A program made the translations under genes and the position numbers. The notes under the pieces were generated by a model. That model was not told the DNA's origin, ran no database searches, and saw nothing but the letters and a program-made list of their open reading frames with translations. From the human T2T-CHM13v2.0 reference genome, Homo sapiens, in NCBI GenBank assembly GCA_009914755.4, contig CP068257.2, positions 2,080,001 to 2,144,000 on the forward strand: a stretch of DNA of 64,000 nt, read 5' to 3'. Within the stretch, counting starts at the first letter, position 1. Every line of letters starts with the position of its first letter. Of this stretch, positions 52,399 through 62,500 are shown piece after piece.

Positions 52399-52546
52399 AA
52401 AATAATGTAATAGAATGGATTGGAATGAAATGGAATGGAGTGTAGTGGACTGGAGTAGAGTGGAATGGAGTGGAGTAGAGTGGAAGGGAATGGAATGAAA
52501 TGAGATGGAATGGAATGGAATGGAATAGAATGGAGTGGAGTGGAGT

Positions 52547-52889
52547 GCAAAAATCCTCAATAAAATACTAGCAAGGCGAATCCAGCAGCAAATCAAAAAG
52601 CTTATCCACCATGATCAAATGTGTTTCATCCCTGGGATGCAAGGCTGGTACAACATACGCAAATCAGTAAACGTAATCCATCATATAAACAGAACCAACG
52701 TCAAAAACCACGATTATCTCAATAGATGCAGAAAAGCCCTTTGACAAAATTCAACAACCTTCATGCTAAAAACTCTCAATAAATTAGATATTGATGGGAC
52801 GTATCTCAAAATATTAAGAGCTATTTATGACAAACCCGCAGCCAATATCATACTGAATGGGCAAAACCTGAAAGCATTCCCTTTGAAAA
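52547..52889 (+). mobile_element. LINE-1 ORF2 (reverse-transcriptase domain) internal fragment, L1P-type, truncated on both sides
   Basis: The translation '[99 protein letters not shown]' aligns to L1 ORF2p '[109 protein letters not shown]'. It carries frameshift and stop lesions. L1 similarity stops at 52889. Confidence 0.85.
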
Positions 52890-54486
52890 TCTCAGTTACC
52901 TTTCTTTTGGATATGTGTGTGAGGAAAGAGTACCTACAAACTACCCTTTTAGTTAAATGCCATATACAATAAATATTAATACCTACAGTCCTCATGTTGT
53001 ACATTAGAGCCCTCAATTTGTTAATTCTACATATCTGCAACTTTGCATCCTTCGAATTCTCTATCTCCATTTTCTCTTCTCACCCCCAGCCCCTGGTAAC
53101 CACTGTTTTATACTCTATCTCTGCATATTTACCTTTTTGCTGTTTTTGTCCTGAGAAGTTTATTGGGACTTTCAGCTAGGAGATAATATGTTCTGAGTCT
53201 TGATTATCTCAAATTATATCAGGTAAGAAGTTTTACTTGTCTGGAGAGCAGAGAGCAAGTGCATAATTTTATGCAGAAGAGGGAATAAAGAGAATTCTCT
53301 AATTAAAATTTGAATCAGAAATATGGTTCATATTTTTATGTACAACAATCTCTAAGGCTTCCTGGAAAGGAACTAGCTGCCTGATTTTTTTTCATTTGAA
53401 TCCTCTAATACATGAAGAGGATGATTCTACCATACCAATCACAAGAATGATATCTGTAGAATCAAAAGTTGAAATCCTATTATCCTAGAAGTTTTTTCAG
53501 AAAACTTGAACATGTATTGAAATGTCATGCTGGTCATATATGTTACAGCAATGAGGAATTTACTTATTATATACTTTAGCTTTTTAGCCCTTTCCCTGCC
53601 CACCAGAAATGTTTCTTTTGAATCCAATTTGGTCCTCAGAGTTTTAGAATGTTAAGGAATGTATAGGGGTATCTTTTTTCTTCTTTTTTTTTTTGTCAAG
53701 CTATTGTATATTTTTACTTTACCTGTTTGGGTATGTAGTTACTATTTGTTTGGACTGTCATACTAGAAAAAAATTATAGTGAATTTTACATGTATGGAGT
53801 CTTCATTAATCTGTATAAACTGACAAGTTTAGAATATCAAAGTCAACACTGTAAAAAATAAAGTGATATTTTATCTGGTCTATCTCCTTGCAAATAAAAG
53901 AACAATAAATTCTGTACTATTATGAAATATAAGAGCTTGAAAATTTTTCAAGTGTCTTGTATAGAATGGCCTTCGAATTCAAGGTATAAACTACAACAAA
54001 ACACTTTCGAGGTCTAGTTTGATTGAAGAGTGCATTCTTACTTATTTATATATTCTCTGCAATTTCTGATTCAAGATAGTCCACAATTCTAAAGGAAAAC
54101 CAAAATAGAATAATAATTACAAAACAAAATAAAAAGTAATTGAGGAAGACAATTGAGCAACTTATTCTTGACAACTAGCTTTTTAACAAACAGAAAAGTG
54201 CACTAAAAATACTGCCTAGTTGTTTAAAGTAGGCTGAGATCTGACTGTATCCCCTGAGTGTCATAAAGAAAAAACTACCTTTGAGGGAGCACAGTGATTA
54301 AATTTAAAAGATTTATTGTTTAACCTCAGGAAGACTTTCAATAACTTTTTATAAATTGTATACAGTTAATGGAAGACATGCTAGGCTTCTTGTAAGAATT
54401 TGTTCCAGATCACTGTGTATAATTAATGGCTTGTCTACATATTTTTTCAATAAAACTGTTCATGAAGAATTTTAAGTATGCACTTT

Positions 54487-54643
54487 CAGTACCAGAATGA
54501 ATATATCTTTGTGAAGATACCATTTATGTACCATAACATCCAAAGCATAATGAGGAGATTTTGATACACTGCAGATTTAGAACTGAGTTGGAAAACAAAA
54601 CTTCAACATACTGTCTTGTCAGCACAAAGCAAATAAATTCATC
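54487..54643 (+). repeat. Local direct duplication, copy A (~155 bp)
   Basis: 'cagtaccagaatgaatatatctttgtgaagataccatttatgtaccataacatccaaagcataatgaggagattttgatacactgcagatttagaactgagttggaaaacaaaacttcaacatactgtcttgtcagcacaaag' is ~92% identical to copy B. Confidence 0.85.
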
Positions 54644-55232
54644 ACTGTCAGTTGAGATTTAAATTCACAAACTTATAAGCAATAAAATCAAAGTAATTTT
54701 GTTATAAGTTTTTTGACACCAGATTATATGGGGTAAATAATTTACTTTCTAATCAAGCAATTGATACATATAAACCTGAAATAGAGAGTTTTGCCTTTTA
54801 ATTAGATACATTGTTACGCAAAGAGTGGTTGAAGATGCAGTTGAGAATTATCTTTTTCTCTTTTTGCTGTTCTTACAAGGACAGTTTCTAGAATTCTTTT
54901 CAAAACAATAGAACAGAAAATTTCACTTACTCACTTAATTTAACTTTTGTTAAAGTACTTTGCCAAAATTAGCAAACTATGAAAGGAAAGTTTGCCTTTT
55001 CAATATATATGTAAGTGGCAAGTAAAAGTTGTTCTTAAATCACGTGATCTCATAGAAATAACATGGGATAAAAAGAGTTCTGAAGGTGTTCAGGAAATGC
55101 CAGTCCTAAATGTATTGCTTTGGTGTACTGATTACATTGAACTGAAAATATTTGAAAAATAACAACTGTGGGACATGCTTTCTCTGCACTCCCTTTACGT
55201 TCCTCAAGAGAGATCCTCCAAAAGGAATTTTC

Positions 55233-55386
55233 AATACCAGAATGAATGTATCTTTGTAAAGATACCATTTATCTACCATAACATCCAAAGCATGATGAGG
55301 AGATTTTTATACACTGCAGATTTAGAACTGAATTGGAAAACAAAGCTTCAAGATACTGTCTTGTCAGCACAAAGACATTCATCTCC
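55233..55386 (+). repeat. Local direct duplication, copy B (~155 bp), 746 bp downstream of copy A
   Basis: 'caataccagaatgaatgtatctttgtaaagataccatttatctaccataacatccaaagcatgatgaggagatttttatacactgcagatttagaactgaattggaaaacaaagcttcaagatactgtcttgtcagcacaaag'. Confidence 0.85.
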
Positions 55387-55605
55387 TTCCTAGGAGTTTC
55401 ATCAGCCAGGGAAAATTGACTCCTCATATCACAGGAGACAAGACTAAGAGTCCATTCCACACCAAGGCAGACTGCCACAAACTATCATCTATGCTCCTAG
55501 GGGTCTGGTCATCTTTCCCAAAAGTCATTTGCTCTCCCTTAAGTTTCCTACATTCTTCCTCCTGCCTTCCCTACAAGCTCCTAAATCTCACTGGGTTTTT
55601 TTCTT

Positions 55606-55642
55606 GGTGGTGTTTTGTTTGTTTTGTTTTGTTTTGTTTTTG
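55606..55642 (+). repeat. Short (TTTTG)n microsatellite
   Basis: 'gttttgtttgttttgttttgttttgtttttg'. Confidence 0.6.
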
Positions 55643-57404
55643 ATTCCACGTTTCTTTCCTGTGATTCCCCCATGCGTGTAATAAATGTGTACACATTTTC
55701 TTCTTTTGACATGCCTGTTATCCATTTATTCAATAGACTCAGTTATCATACCTTCAGAGGGTAGAGGGAAAGGTCTCCAAGTCCTACAGTTCCAAAAGAA
55801 AATAGCTAGTAATGCAAATGCAAAAGTCATATAAACTTTGAGACAAAGTTAGCGTCTTATATGGTACGTTCAGAAAGAAGAGGTGTGTTGCACACCAAGG
55901 GACATTTTCCTGGTCTTAGCTACTAAGTTTCTCTGAGAAGAAGCAGTCACTACTACAGCAGTTAAACACCTGACTCCCAAATTATAAAAGCCTAAGTGTT
56001 CAGATTAAATCATGAGTTGTCACCTGTGAATCATAAAGTCTGAACTCTTTAAATTGCAAACACTCATAGAAAAACGATTCTTACACAGGGATCCATGAGT
56101 GGAACTGCAAAGTTTTGTCAAAATCTATATATATGTTTTCTTTTTAAGGGTCATAGATTTCAATATATGTTAAAAGATATCTGGGGCTAGTAAAGATTAA
56201 TAACCATTTTCAGTTTTGTGCTGAAATTGGCAAATCATGGCTTTTCTCCCTCCAACACACCCCCTCCCGCCTCAGCACACCACTGGTTAATCTTTATTTT
56301 CAGGAGAGAAAAAGATGTTTCATATTAATAAAGGTAAATTATACACTTGTTTGTTTTATACTTTTCCACCTCTTAAGCTTAATCGTGTTTTAATAATGTA
56401 TAATTGAATACATTAACATTTAGATGTTAGTAAATGAATAACAAATGTTCATTATTTCTCTTGAGTAGAGGAATAAAAATTTTGCACCTGTTGTATAGAA
56501 TGATTTTTAAAATCTCATTCAATCCTTCAGAAGTTTAAGATTTTTTTTCAAGAATTTTTATATAAAATTTTTACTCAGAAGCAGATAGCTCACAAAAAGT
56601 ATGGGGGTTTTTTGGATTATAAATAAACTATTCCACTCACCAAGATGCTGAGACATCCTACTTTCTGGTATTTTGAAATAAAAACAAAACACAAGAATGT
56701 GACGATGAAGCAAGTGAAAATTAAAAGGGTACAGACTTTAGAAGTATCATAAGCTAAAAATAAAATGAAACAAACCTGTAAAGGAACCAAAAGCCCAGGT
56801 AGATATAATACAGTAAATTATGAGAAGCTAAAAAAAATGAGGAGGTGATAAACAATAAAGTGAAAATCTCTGATAAAGCCAAAACTACTTGAATGGCAGT
56901 CAACAAAACAGAAGAAAAAAATGACACTCATAACAAGGCAGAACTATGGAAATGCATCCCTGGGGGTAAGATAATAGAGTTGCGAATTAGTGGAGGTGGA
57001 TCACAAATACTGGCCAAATAAAGCCCGCTAACATAATTCAAAGGACAGAGAAATTCTGTAGCTGAAGATAAAAAGTCTGAAATACATTATGGTATAGTCA
57101 AATGAGTGTCATTTCTAATAGACACACTTATTTTTCAAGAGTTGATAATATGAAGTAAAAATTTAGTATGCAAAGTTCAAATTTTCCATTTGTTGAGTAA
57201 TTCATTTTTATTAAATATTTTCCAACAATTAAACTAAAGTGGTACCAGAACAGAGTAGACATTCTGAGTTTTCACTTTACAAAAGCTACACATAAATCAA
57301 CGTACTTCTTAAGGGTATAAACAAAGTCAGAGCCTGTGTGATATTTCAATAAACAATTGGAGAAAATTTTTTTAAGAATAGATTATATACATATTGACCT
57401 CTTT

Positions 57405-57416
57405 GAGAACCTTATT
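57405..57416. other. Target-site duplication (L1 3' side): GAGAACCTTATT
   Basis: It matches GAGATCCTTATT at 59234-59245 in 11 of 12 positions. The two copies flank the L1 body and its tail. Confidence 0.65.
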
Positions 57417-57481
57417 TTTTTCTTTTTTTTGTGTGTGTGTTTGTTTTTTTGTGTGTGTGTGTGTTTTCATTTCTTTTTTAA
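57417..57481 (-). repeat. L1 poly-A tail read as poly-T on +, carrying (GT)n/(CA)n microsatellite expansions
   Basis: 'ttttttttctttttttttgtgtgtgtgtttgtttttttgtgtgtgtgtgtgttttcatttctttttta' lies immediately 5' of the reverse-complemented L1 3' UTR end on the + strand. Confidence 0.8.
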
Positions 57482-59233
57482 ATTATTATTATTATACTTT
57501 AAGTTTTAGGGTACATGTGCACAACGTGCAGGTTCGTTACATATGTATACATGTGCCATGTTGGTGTGCTGCACCCATTAACTCGTCATTTACATTAGGT
57601 GTATCTCCTAATGCTATCCCTCCCCCCTCCCCCCACCCCACAACAGTTCCCAGTGTGTGATGTTCCCCTTCCTGTGTCCATGTGTTCTCATTGTTCAATT
57701 CCCACCTATGAGTGAGAACATGCGGTGTTTGGCTTTTCATCTTTGCGATAGTTTACTGAGAATGATGGTTTCCAGCTTCATCCATGTCCCTACAAAGGAC
57801 ATAAACTCATCATTTTTATGGCTTCATAGTATTGCATGGTGTATATGTGCCACATTTTCTTAATCCAGTCTATCATCGTTGGACATTTGGGTTGGTTCCA
57901 AGTCTTTGCTATTGTGAATAGTGCCACAATAAACATACGTGTGCATGTGTCTTTAGAGCAGCATGACTTATAATCCTTTGGGTACATACCCAGTAATGGG
58001 ATGGCTGGGTCAAATGGTATTTCTAGTTCTAGATCCCTGAGGAATCACCACACCGACTTCCACAATGGTTGAAATAGTTCACAGTCCCATCAACAGTGTA
58101 AAAGTTTTCCTATTTCTCCACATCCTCTCCAGCACCTGTTGTTTCCTGACTTTTTAATGATTGCCATTCTAACTGGTGTGAGATGGTATCTCATTGTGGT
58201 TTTGATTTGCTTTTCTCTGATGGGCAGTGATAGCATTTTTTCATGTGTTTTTTGGCTGCATAAATGTCTTCTTTTTAGAAGTGTCTGTTCATATCCTTCG
58301 CCCACTTTTTGATGGGGTTGTTTTTTTCTTGTAAATTTGTTTGAGTTCATTGTAGATTCTGGATATTAGCCCTTTGTCAGATGAGTAGGTTGTGAAACTT
58401 TTCTCCCATTCTGTATGTTGCCTGTTCACTCTGATGGTGGTTTCTTTTGCTGTGCAGAAGCTCTTTAGTTTAATTAGATCCCATTTGTCAATTTTGGCTT
58501 TTGTTGCCATTGCTCTTGGTGTTTTAGACATGAAGTCCTTGCCCATGCCTATGCCCTGAATGGTATTGCCTAGTTTTTTTCTATGGTTTTTATGATTTTA
58601 GGTCTAACATGTAAGTCTTTAATCCATCTTGAATTAATTTTTGTATAAGGTGTAAGGAAGGGATCCAGTTTCAGCTTTCTACATATGGCTTGCCAGTTTT
58701 CCCAGCACCATTTATTAAATAGGGAATCCTTTCCCTAGTTCTTGTTTTTGTCAGGTTTCTCAAAGATCAGATAGTTGTAGATATGCGGCATTATTTCTGA
58801 GGGCTCTGTTCCATTCCATTGGCCTCTATCTCTCTTTTGGTATAAGTACCATGCTCTTTTGGTCACTGTAGCCTTGTAGTATAGTTTGAAGTCAGGTAGC
58901 GTCGTACCTCCAGCTTTGTTCTTTTGGCTTAGGATTGACTTGGCAATGCAGGCTCTTTTTTGGTTCCATATGAACTTTAAAGTAGTTTTTTCCAATTCTG
59001 TGAAGAAAGTCATTGGTAGCTTGATGGGGATGGCATTCAATCTATAAATTACCTTGGTCAGTATGGCCATTTTTACAATATTGATTCTTCCTACCCATGA
59101 GCATGGAAGGTTCTTACATTTGTTTGTATCTTCTTTTATTTCATTGAGCAGTGGTTTGTAGTTCTCCTTGAAGAGGTCCTTCACATCCCTTGTAAGTTGG
59201 ATTTCTAGGTATTTTATTTTCTTTGAGTCAATT
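57417..59233 (-). mobile_element. 5'-truncated LINE-1, L1PA family (pre-L1PA3-like diagnostic bases, roughly L1PA4-L1PA8): C-terminal third of ORF2, 3' UTR and tail
   Basis: The + strand reads as the reverse complement of the L1 3' end ('tatactttaagttttagggtacatgtgcacaacgtgcaggtt..tacccagtaatgggatggctgggtcaaatggtatttctagttctagatcc..'). The minus-strand ORFs 57790-57987, 58090-58350, 58289-58546 and 58735-59328 translate to ORF2p C-terminal peptides ('..[31 protein letters not shown]', 'IYPKDYKSCC.KDTCTRMFI.ALFTIAKTWNQPKCPTMIDWIKKMWHIYTM'). The frame is broken, so the copy is inactive. Older-L1PA bases 'atcgttggacatt' and 'actgacttccacaatggttgaa(a/c)tagtt' are present. Confidence 0.9.
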
Positions 59234-59245
59234 GAGATCCTTATT
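59234..59245. other. Target-site duplication (L1 5' side): GAGATCCTTATT
   Basis: Pairs with 57405-57416. Confidence 0.65.
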
Positions 59246-59259
59246 GTGAGATTCAATTC

Positions 59260-59269
59260 AGAATCTGGG
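59260..59269. other. Target-site duplication of the Alu (left copy): AGAATCTGGG
   Basis: The identical 10-mer recurs at 59569-59578, immediately after the Alu. Confidence 0.85.
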
Positions 59270-59568
<299 letters not shown>

Positions 59569-59578
59569 AGAATCTGGG
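59569..59578. other. Target-site duplication of the Alu (right copy): AGAATCTGGG
   Basis: Pairs with 59260-59269. Confidence 0.85.
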
Positions 59579-62500
59579 TCTTAACCAGATTTGCCATTAT
59601 AAAATGAAATGAAACCAAAACCACCAGTCAATATCTGTAGCAGTGTTATTGTTGGGGAGCATGCACGTTTGTTTGAGCTTACTTATATATACAGAGCTGT
59701 TTAGCTTAATCTTTAAATTGAAAATTTTTAGTATTTTTAGAATGTTTTAGATACTTTGATGAATAAATTTTGTGTTAACAAACTACTATTAATAAAACTT
59801 ATAAATTAAATATTTCTGAACACATTGGCAGATGTAAATGACAAAGTTATATTCACACAATCAGTTTTTCTTGCACAGAATTGACATTTTGTCAAAAAGT
59901 TAAAATCTTTGAAATGTGTTTTCTGTCTCATCTTTCCCCTTTTGAGCATTTTTCCCCCTGGGTTGGTTATAAAATATTCCCTAACTTCAGGCATCTGGTT
60001 AAGTTTTGGGTTTTCTCCCTTCCTACCAACTCATATGGATTGGTAATGATCTGATAGAAGACAATTGCCAAAAATCAATCAAATATGTTTTAAATGAAAC
60101 TTCTCCAAGATAATATTCATATTAATCCTTCTTTAATTGCTGAATGAGTAATAATTGTTCACTGACCCTTAAAATCCTAAAACTTAATCAGCTCACTGGA
60201 GTGGATGAATGGATGTTTGTCTAGAAGAGAATGCTTAAGGTCTACTTCAAGGAGTTCATAATGGTAAAAATGTCCTTTTCTTCCATCAGAAACTTCATCC
60301 TGATCTTTTCATCCTTGTTTTTCTACTAGCTCTCCTTCTCCAAATACACTGACTTGGAACCCCAGTTTCAGTGGTGGACTGCGTGGATTTGATTCTAAGC
60401 TATGCTATAATGAGAAAGTAGCTCTAACCCTATTCTCATTTTCTTCACCTGTAATATAGAAATCATCATCAGACAATATACAGATAGGGGCCAGTTATTT
60501 CACAGATAATAATAGGTGAAAATGGAGAGTATGTGGGTGTAGGCATGGAAAAGTGAGTTTAAATGGTTTCAGGAGTCTGTGGAAATTGTCTTTGGGTGAT
60601 TCAATGTTCTCAGGGAAGCACACCCAAAAAGACATTGAGGATTTCTGGGGAAGTGTTAGGGATTAGAGACAGGATAAGATACAAAACTAGGAAAATTAGA
60701 GAGTGAATAGATTGGAACATATGTAGTATGATTGATTGATAGGCGGCACTCAGATTCTCAGTTTCAAGTGGGATATTTTTCAATTTGATCCATATAGCTA
60801 GTTGCTAAAATATATGTGGGGATTTGGTGGAAATTTGGATCTAACCAGGGTTATTTTCCTGGTTAGATTCAGCAAAGTGAAAGAGAAACAAGGAAGTTGA
60901 AGTTTCCTGGGAATGGTTGGCCACGGAATTTAGGCAGGAGAACAGGAAATAGAGTACATCAGTAGGTAAGGGTCATTATAAATATGATAAAATAATAGTT
61001 TGGAGGTCTCAGAGAGATTGAAAAATTTTATGTCAGCGTATGAAAGGGAATGATTAAAGGAGGAGTTCAGAGAATGGGATGAATGAAATTGTGACTACAG
61101 AGGAGTTGCTATTATAAGTAACGACGATGCTTCACTCAGTCCCTCTGGAAGTGTGGTCCCTGTGCTAGCAGCAACAGCATCACCTGGGAACTTACTAGAA
61201 CTGCATATTCTCAGGTTACACCCCCAGATCTTCCAAATATGAAATTCCAATAGCAGGTCTCAGCAATCTCTTATTGTAACACAACTGTAGGCAATTTTGA
61301 GGCACACAGTAGTTAGCACAACTGGTCTAGTGTATGTCTTATTTGGTCTTCCTCCCCGGTTCACAGTACAGAGCTCCTGAAACTTGAAATTTCCTGATAG
61401 AGATGAGAGGACCATCCTTTACTAGTCATAAGTCCCTCTTAGCCATACCTGAGTTTATGCTATTGACATGACATGAGTGGTGGCTGGAGACCCGTATGGC
61501 TTCAGGGTGGGTGCTTGACACCAGAAACATGAAGGCATAACTAGATGGTTAAAACTGTCAGCCCTCTCCTCCATCACCTCTGAGGTGCTGGGAGGGTGAT
61601 ACAATGATATACTTAGAGGTCATATGGCAGCTTTGTGCCCCTTTTCACCATACCTGGCCCTATGTGTCTCTTCTATTTGACAGTTCCTGATTTGTATCAG
61701 ACAGTAACTGTAAGCAAAGTGCTTTCTTGGGTTCTGTGAGCCATCTTAGCAAATTATAGAACCTGGGGAAGGAATCCATGGAAGTCCTAATTTATAGCCA
61801 GTTGGTCAGGAGTATGGCAGGCCCACAACTCCTCTCTAATGGTGGGGGGGTGGCAGTCTTGTGGTCCTGAACCCTGAACTTGTGGGATCTGATTCTATCT
61901 CCAGATAGATAGTCTCAGGATTGAATTGAATTGTAGGACACCATTTGGTGTCCTGAGAGTTGAAAAATTGATTGGGGTGAGACTAAACCAACAAATTTCA
62001 TCTCAGAAGTTTGAGTAGAAATAATTCTGTTGGAAAACATTATCGTTAGATCAAAGGTGTTAATAGAACTGAGAGATCAAAATGGCAAAGAGTCATCTAT
62101 GATTAAACATTGTTGACATAAACTAGAATTAAGACAAGAGTATGTCAAAGAGAGTTACATTGAGCCAGGGATAAAAATAGTCAATTGATTGATTAGAATT
62201 TAGTAAATGCTATTTTTTGAAAAATTAATATTTAGTTAATTGAGATACTTAATTATCTCCATTTTGACTTTAAATTTAAAACTAAAAAATTGATATTTTA
62301 TCTATTTTCCATAAATGGAAATTGAAAAGCAATAGCAAAATGCTTCGACAGAAAATCTGCCCTTCTTATTCCCAAGAGGAAGAATGGCCAACTACCTTAA
62401 GAATAAGTTAGAAAAACTTTCATAATTTTTTAAGTTGCCATATTTTATAGCTTTGAACAAGTTGAATTATTAACTAGACTGCCCAGGGAATGGAGCCATC

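Larger units (their letters stand above)
1..52546. repeat. Human Satellite 3 (HSat3) array, (GGAAT)n/(ATTCC)n pentameric satellite with GGAGT/GGAAC/GCAAT variant units; single orientation, GGAAT-rich strand on +
   Basis: Seen directly: the + strand is almost entirely ggaat, ggagt and gtgga pentamers. Perfect (ggaat)n runs occur at e.g. 5031-5070, 6051-6100, 39031-39070, 39220-39280 and 49360-49410. There is no strand switch anywhere. HSat3 is the established name for GGAAT-type pericentromeric satellite. Confidence 0.95.
33165..52546. repeat. HSat3 sub-domain B2: composite satellite of ~0.36-0.45 kb subunits (about 300 bp GGAAT-like + ~75 bp Alu-tail remnant variant T2), organised in a ~4.6-4.8 kb HOR x about 4 with ~2 kb sub-HORs
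   Basis: T2 remnants ('ggtgaaatgaaatgtgagctgagattgtgccactgcactccagcctgggtgacagagtgagatcctgtcgaaagaaagg') start at ~33388, 33725, 34195, 34560, 35045, 35245, 35440, 35650, 37340, 37595, 38015, 38345, 38815, 39290, 39755, 39930, 40125, 40325, 40760, 41245, 41615, 41935, 42200, 42595, 42975, 43435, 44145, 44505, 44875, 45280, 45645, 46075, 46690, 46955, 47375, 47735, 48190, 48535, 48890, 49420, 49800, 50195, 50555, 50990, 51345, 52034 and 52325. The same subunit signature variants recur in the same order (see findings). Confidence 0.8.

Noticed and set aside
1-52546. Hundreds of long six-frame ORFs (up to 1231 aa) on both strands of the satellite, with low-complexity translations such as MEWNGVEWNG... 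on + and MHSIPFHSTPLHS... on -
   Set aside because: GGAAT/ATTCC and its common variants contain no stop codon in any of the six frames, so every frame stays open until a variant unit creates a stop. The translations are pure pentamer periodicity. Overlapping ORFs occupy all frames at once, and frame-shifted copies of the same 'protein' recur with the HOR. These are not coding sequence.
52535-53179. ORFs 52535-52744 (+), 52763-52972 (+), 52825-53070 (-) and 52994-53179 (+) just past the array
   Set aside because: The first two are pieces of a decayed L1 ORF2 fragment. They are reported as a mobile-element fragment and not as a gene. The other two have no recognisable similarity and lie in AT-rich, stop-dense sequence.
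53085-53180. Motif 'cacccccagcccctggtaaccactgtttt..' resembling the start of old L1 (L1M/L1PB) 3' UTRs, which could mean the 52,547-52,889 L1 fragment continues after an internal deletion
   Set aside because: Similarity beyond the ~22-bp motif is weak, about 60% over the next 60 bp and by eye only. This is not enough to call an L1 3' end without a library search.
55050-55643. Cluster of 60-75 aa ORFs on both strands in the unique flank
   Set aside because: They are short and overlapping. They have no start context, no codon-usage signal and no domain-like sequence. Several overlap the 155-bp duplicated segment, so this is chance ORF density in AT-rich DNA.
61150-61275. '..agcaacagcatcacctgggaacttactagaactgcatattctcaggttacacccccagatcttccaaatatgaaattccaatagcaggtctcagcaatctcttattg', reminiscent of a widely dispersed ancient interspersed-repeat motif ('cagcatcacctgggaacttgttagaaatgcagaatctcaggccccaccccagacctactgaatcagaa..')
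   Set aside because: The element family cannot be assigned confidently from memory and the match is partial. It is left uncalled; RepeatMasker would settle it.
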